Shown: piece after piece, positions 26,536 to 29,763 of the stretch
Layout: each line of letters begins with the position of its first letter
How positions within the stretch are numbered: position 1 is the first letter of the stretch
From: a virus
Lineage: Duplodnaviria; Caudoviricetes
Virus record (IMG/VR): IMGVR_UViG_3300037634_003492
Span: 1 to 29,763 of that record
Direction: 5' to 3' (one strand)
DNA: 29,763 nucleotides
Made by a program: the position numbers and the translations under genes
Notes under the pieces: model-generated
The model's database searches: none
What the model was told of the DNA's origin: nothing
The model's input: the letters and a program-made list of their open reading frames with translations, nothing else

Positions 26536-29500
26536 ATGGCTCCAATTCATGGTTCAAGTAGAATAAAAGATTTAACACCTCAAGGGTCGATGACAGGACC
26601 CACTGGCAACACTGGTCCAACTGGCCCTACGGGCAATACTGGTGGTATTGGCAACACTGGTCCAACTGGCCCAAAAGGAATAGGTATAATATCTGCAACC
26701 GGATCTACTGGTATAGGTGGAGATGTCATTGTCTTCGACCTTTCAAACGGTAATACAATGGGTGTATCTGGTGCAAAAGGAATTACTGGAGATGGAACTG
26801 GAAAATTGCATAAAGGTTTTGGTATTGTAAATTCTATCGAAGGGTCTACAGTTGGAGAATGGTTTTCTCATGCAGCGTATGATGGAACAACTGGTGGAAT
26901 TGCATATTTTAGAGGTATTTCTGCTTCTGGACGAGACATATCAATTTCTGATACTTCTAATGCAGTCATTTTGCATGGAGCGACATATCAGTCTGGTATA
27001 GCGGGAAATACAGGTGAATTATTATATATTTTTGAGGGTGGATCTGGTTATGGTGTGCCCAATACCCATTGGTCGCCTCCTGTGCCCGGGGCATCTGGAC
27101 ACCTTCAGTCTAGATTAGTCGTGGTAAGAGAATCTCTTGATAGTAATAATTTATTAGAGACTCCAATTAATTTAAGTTCGGTCGGGAACACATTGTCTCC
27201 AGAAAGTTCTGTTGTTCCCTTTACTTATATTAAAGAAAATGGAGATGGAAATTCTCAAATTGAAAGTGGATTGCATATGGGTCAAACTGGATCAACAGAT
27301 ATCATTTATAGATTTGCTGGTGTGACCCATGATACAGTTTTTGGAATTGATAAACAAAATATAGGATCTTGTTGTTATTGTGTAGATAATGTATTAGCAG
27401 ATAGAGATGATTTTCCTGGATGTATTGATTATGTTACCGAAAATTATTGTAATGAAATAAGTGGTGTATATGATACTTCAACTTGTCTTGCTAGACCAGA
27501 GGGACCTAACTGTTATTCAGAGGGTGCATGTTGTGTTAATGGAATATGTGCCGAAACATCTATGAATAAATGTAGAAATATTTATGGTGGGTTTTTTGTA
27601 GACTCACTGACTTGTACTGAAGTTGAAGAACTTGGTGGTTGTCCAGAACCATGTGAGACAACTGGTGCGTGTTGTATAGAAGGTGCTTGTTATATAATGA
27701 GCGAATATCAATGCTCTTTTGAACCTAATAGTGTTTTCTTTGAAGGTGAAGATTGTGATACAGTAAATTGCTGTATAGAAGGTGTTATGGGTGCTTGTTG
27801 TCTTGATGAAAAATGTTATGAAACAACTCCTGTTGTTTGTGCTTCTTTAGTATCGAGTGATGGTTCTCCTGGAATTTTCTGGGGAGTTGCATCAAGTTGC
27901 GCTGGACCAAGTAGAAATACGGGTTCTTATGCTCCTTTTGATTGTAAATATGCAATAGAATTTGGTGGTGAATCGTGGACAGGAACAACAGGGGGATTAG
28001 ACTCTCAAGGTAATTGTTTAGATGGTTCGGGTAAACCTCCGTGTACCTTGTGTCTTGGTTGGGAACAAATAATTGGTGGTGATTGTGCTGACGAATATAA
28101 TCCAGATAATATATGTGAGTGTGATGGTGTTGATTGTGCTTGTCCAGACCTACCATATTGTTCTCAATCTGGTTCAGAAACTATTGGTGGGTGTGTAGGA
28201 ACTTGTTGTGCAAAGCATTTTTCAGACGGTTGGGAATGTTCCTCAAAAACACGAAACGATTGTTCTAAATTAAATGAAGATTTACAAAATAATTATCCAG
28301 AAATAAGATGGAGTGGATGCAATTCAACAGAATTGTGTGATGGAGATCCAATGGGTGGTGAGGATCTTAAAATTTGTGGAAACCATTTAACGCTTTGTAG
28401 TGACCTTGCTGATACAAATTCTCCAGATATAATATTTGTGGTGGAAACCAGTCCTAGTATTTTCCAATACCATGCGGATGAGATAAAAAATGCATTGACT
28501 TCCTTTGTAGATTTGATGGATCCAAATTATAATAAAATAGGATTTACTGATTCAAAATTTGTTGGTAGAGAAGAAGTAAATGTTTCATTATCTAGAAATT
28601 ATTCATTAGTTAAAACTGGTATTAATAGTATGTCAATAGGTGAAAATATATTACATCATCCATTGGAACTTGTTAAAACTGATTTTCATAATAATAGAAC
28701 TGGTGGTTATCACGAAAAAATTATAATTATTATTTCTAATGGAGATTTGAAATCTGACTCCGAAAAAGATTGGGCAAAATCCACTGCACAGAGTTTGAAA
28801 CAGGATGGGGCAAGAATTTATGTAATTTCTATTAGTGGTGGAAATGTTATTGATGGTAATTTCCTAAAGGAATTGTCAACAAACGATTATCATTATCGTA
28901 ATATTAATTCAGTTGATATGCAAAAAACCTTAGATCAAATTGCCCACAACTTATCATGTGGTGGTGAAGAAGTAACAACAGAATTTATAAAACAAAGTTC
29001 TGGAACTATTGTTCTTGCAGATGGTAGTTGTTGGGAATGTTGTTGTGATCATGATGGAGAAGGATTACGGGGAGGTTATGGTTTATTTGGTGGAGATCCT
29101 GGTCTTGGTATAACAGATCCAAATAATCTTGCATGTTGCTATAGTGATGGTTCAAGTTGCACTGATCCTTCTGAAACAGAAGAGTTGATGACGACTTGTT
29201 GTTTTTGGATAGATAGGTACGATGACCCGATCACAAAGACGGTCGGTCGTTCTTGCATGTGGCCTGGTACACAAGATTATCCATATCATCCATGGTTAGA
29301 TGCAGAAACACAATGTACTGCAATTTTACATGGAACTTCGGCACCAGATAATATTTGTTCTCGTACAGATGGATGTTGTTGTTTCACAGCAGATTGGGTC
29401 TTGCCAGATAGTCTGGATTGGTTGAGTGAATTTGATAATTGGAGAATTCCTGATGCTGGAGATTGTATCGAACAGGGATGGAGTGGTTCATTTGCTCATC

Positions 29501-29610
29501 AAATGAATGAGACCCGATGCTCCTTCTTTGGTGGATGTTGGATTGTTGATGGAGTTTGTGATGGTGGAATATATGGTAATGAATGTCCCGATGATAATTC
29601 TTGTCCTTGA
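26536..29610 (+). CDS. Fibre/adhesin-like protein: GSS start, collagen-like G-x-T repeats, GACC modules, von Willebrand factor A domain, Cys-rich tail
   Basis: GPTGNTGPTGPTGNTG; several G[AST]CC modules; vWA pattern PDIIFVVETSPSI...KIGF...IIIIISNG...AQSLKQDGARIYVISI...LKELS at about 28420-28950. Confidence 0.78.
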   Translation: MAPIHGSSRIKDLTPQGSMTGPTGNTGPTGPTGNTGGIGNTGPTGPKGIGIISATGSTGIGGDVIVFDLSNGNTMGVSGAKGITGDGTGKLHKGFGIVNSIEGSTVGEWFSHAAYDGTTGGIAYFRGISASGRDISISDTSNAVILHGATYQSGIAGNTGELLYIFEGGSGYGVPNTHWSPPVPGASGHLQSRLVVVRESLDSNNLLETPINLSSVGNTLSPESSVVPFTYIKENGDGNSQIESGLHMGQTGSTDIIYRFAGVTHDTVFGIDKQNIGSCCYCVDNVLADRDDFPGCIDYVTENYCNEISGVYDTSTCLARPEGPNCYSEGACCVNGICAETSMNKCRNIYGGFFVDSLTCTEVEELGGCPEPCETTGACCIEGACYIMSEYQCSFEPNSVFFEGEDCDTVNCCIEGVMGACCLDEKCYETTPVVCASLVSSDGSPGIFWGVASSCAGPSRNTGSYAPFDCKYAIEFGGESWTGTTGGLDSQGNCLDGSGKPPCTLCLGWEQIIGGDCADEYNPDNICECDGVDCACPDLPYCSQSGSETIGGCVGTCCAKHFSDGWECSSKTRNDCSKLNEDLQNNYPEIRWSGCNSTELCDGDPMGGEDLKICGNHLTLCSDLADTNSPDIIFVVETSPSIFQYHADEIKNALTSFVDLMDPNYNKIGFTDSKFVGREEVNVSLSRNYSLVKTGINSMSIGENILHHPLELVKTDFHNNRTGGYHEKIIIIISNGDLKSDSEKDWAKSTAQSLKQDGARIYVISISGGNVIDGNFLKELSTNDYHYRNINSVDMQKTLDQIAHNLSCGGEEVTTEFIKQSSGTIVLADGSCWECCCDHDGEGLRGGYGLFGGDPGLGITDPNNLACCYSDGSSCTDPSETEELMTTCCFWIDRYDDPITKTVGRSCMWPGTQDYPYHPWLDAETQCTAILHGTSAPDNICSRTDGCCCFTADWVLPDSLDWLSEFDNWRIPDAGDCIEQGWSGSFAHQMNETRCSFFGGCWIVDGVCDGGIYGNECPDDNSCP
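26604..26672 (+). repeat. 24-bp direct repeat in the collagen-like segment
   Basis: tggcaacactggtccaactggccc at 26604-26627 and 26649-26672. Confidence 0.85.
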
Positions 29611-29646
29611 CATACATAACATATGTAATACCTATAAGGAATTTAT

Positions 29647-29763
29647 ATGCCCATAATTGGAAGCAGTTCAATAACACCAACCGATGCCGTCGGACCTCCT
29701 GGACCAACTGGATTTTCTCCTATGGGTCCTACAGGTGCTACGGGTAATACAGGTGCTACGGGT
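29647..29763 (+). CDS. Third GSS-collagen-like fibre paralogue, partial (runs off the window)
   Basis: Not in the ORF track. An AAGGA RBS precedes ATG 29647: MPIIGSSSITPTDAVGPPGPTGFSPMGPTGATGNTGATG, the same N-terminal layout as the two preceding genes. Confidence 0.85.
   Translation, partial: MPIIGSSSITPTDAVGPPGPTGFSPMGPTGATGNTGATG

Noticed and set aside
29384-29707. 107-aa minus-strand ORF at the right end
   Set aside because: It overlaps two better-supported plus-strand genes, including the partial GSS-collagen ORF from 29647.

Overview
AT-rich segment of a large T4-like (myovirus) phage genome holding the tail/baseplate morphogenesis cluster. The minus-strand operon (3244 to the left edge) has a gp4-like head-completion gene, a gp19/gp54-fold tube gene, gp26-like and gp51-like genes, and a repeat-rich ORF (1182 to <1) missing from the supplied ORF track. 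The plus-strand operon runs gp48, gp53, hub (gp27-like), gp25, gp6, gp7, gp8, a DUF4815-like N-terminus, then fibre/adhesin-like genes. Most unusual points: (1) the hub gene appears split, with its N- and C-terminal signatures in two ORFs flanking a 1737-aa cysteine-rich 'GACC'-repeat protein, all three in one reading frame; (2) a T-TTT-TTC slippery heptamer at the end of the gp26-like gene puts the gp51-like ORF in the -1 frame, echoing the P2 E/E' and lambda G/GT tail-chaperone frameshift, in tube-chaperone-(tape measure position) order; (3) Cys-rich modules pervade the baseplate and fibre proteins; (4) a tandem family of GSS-collagen-GACC fibre proteins carries different C-terminal domains (DUF1566/CLec-like, vWA). 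All family calls come from motif recognition by eye and gene order. No database search was run.
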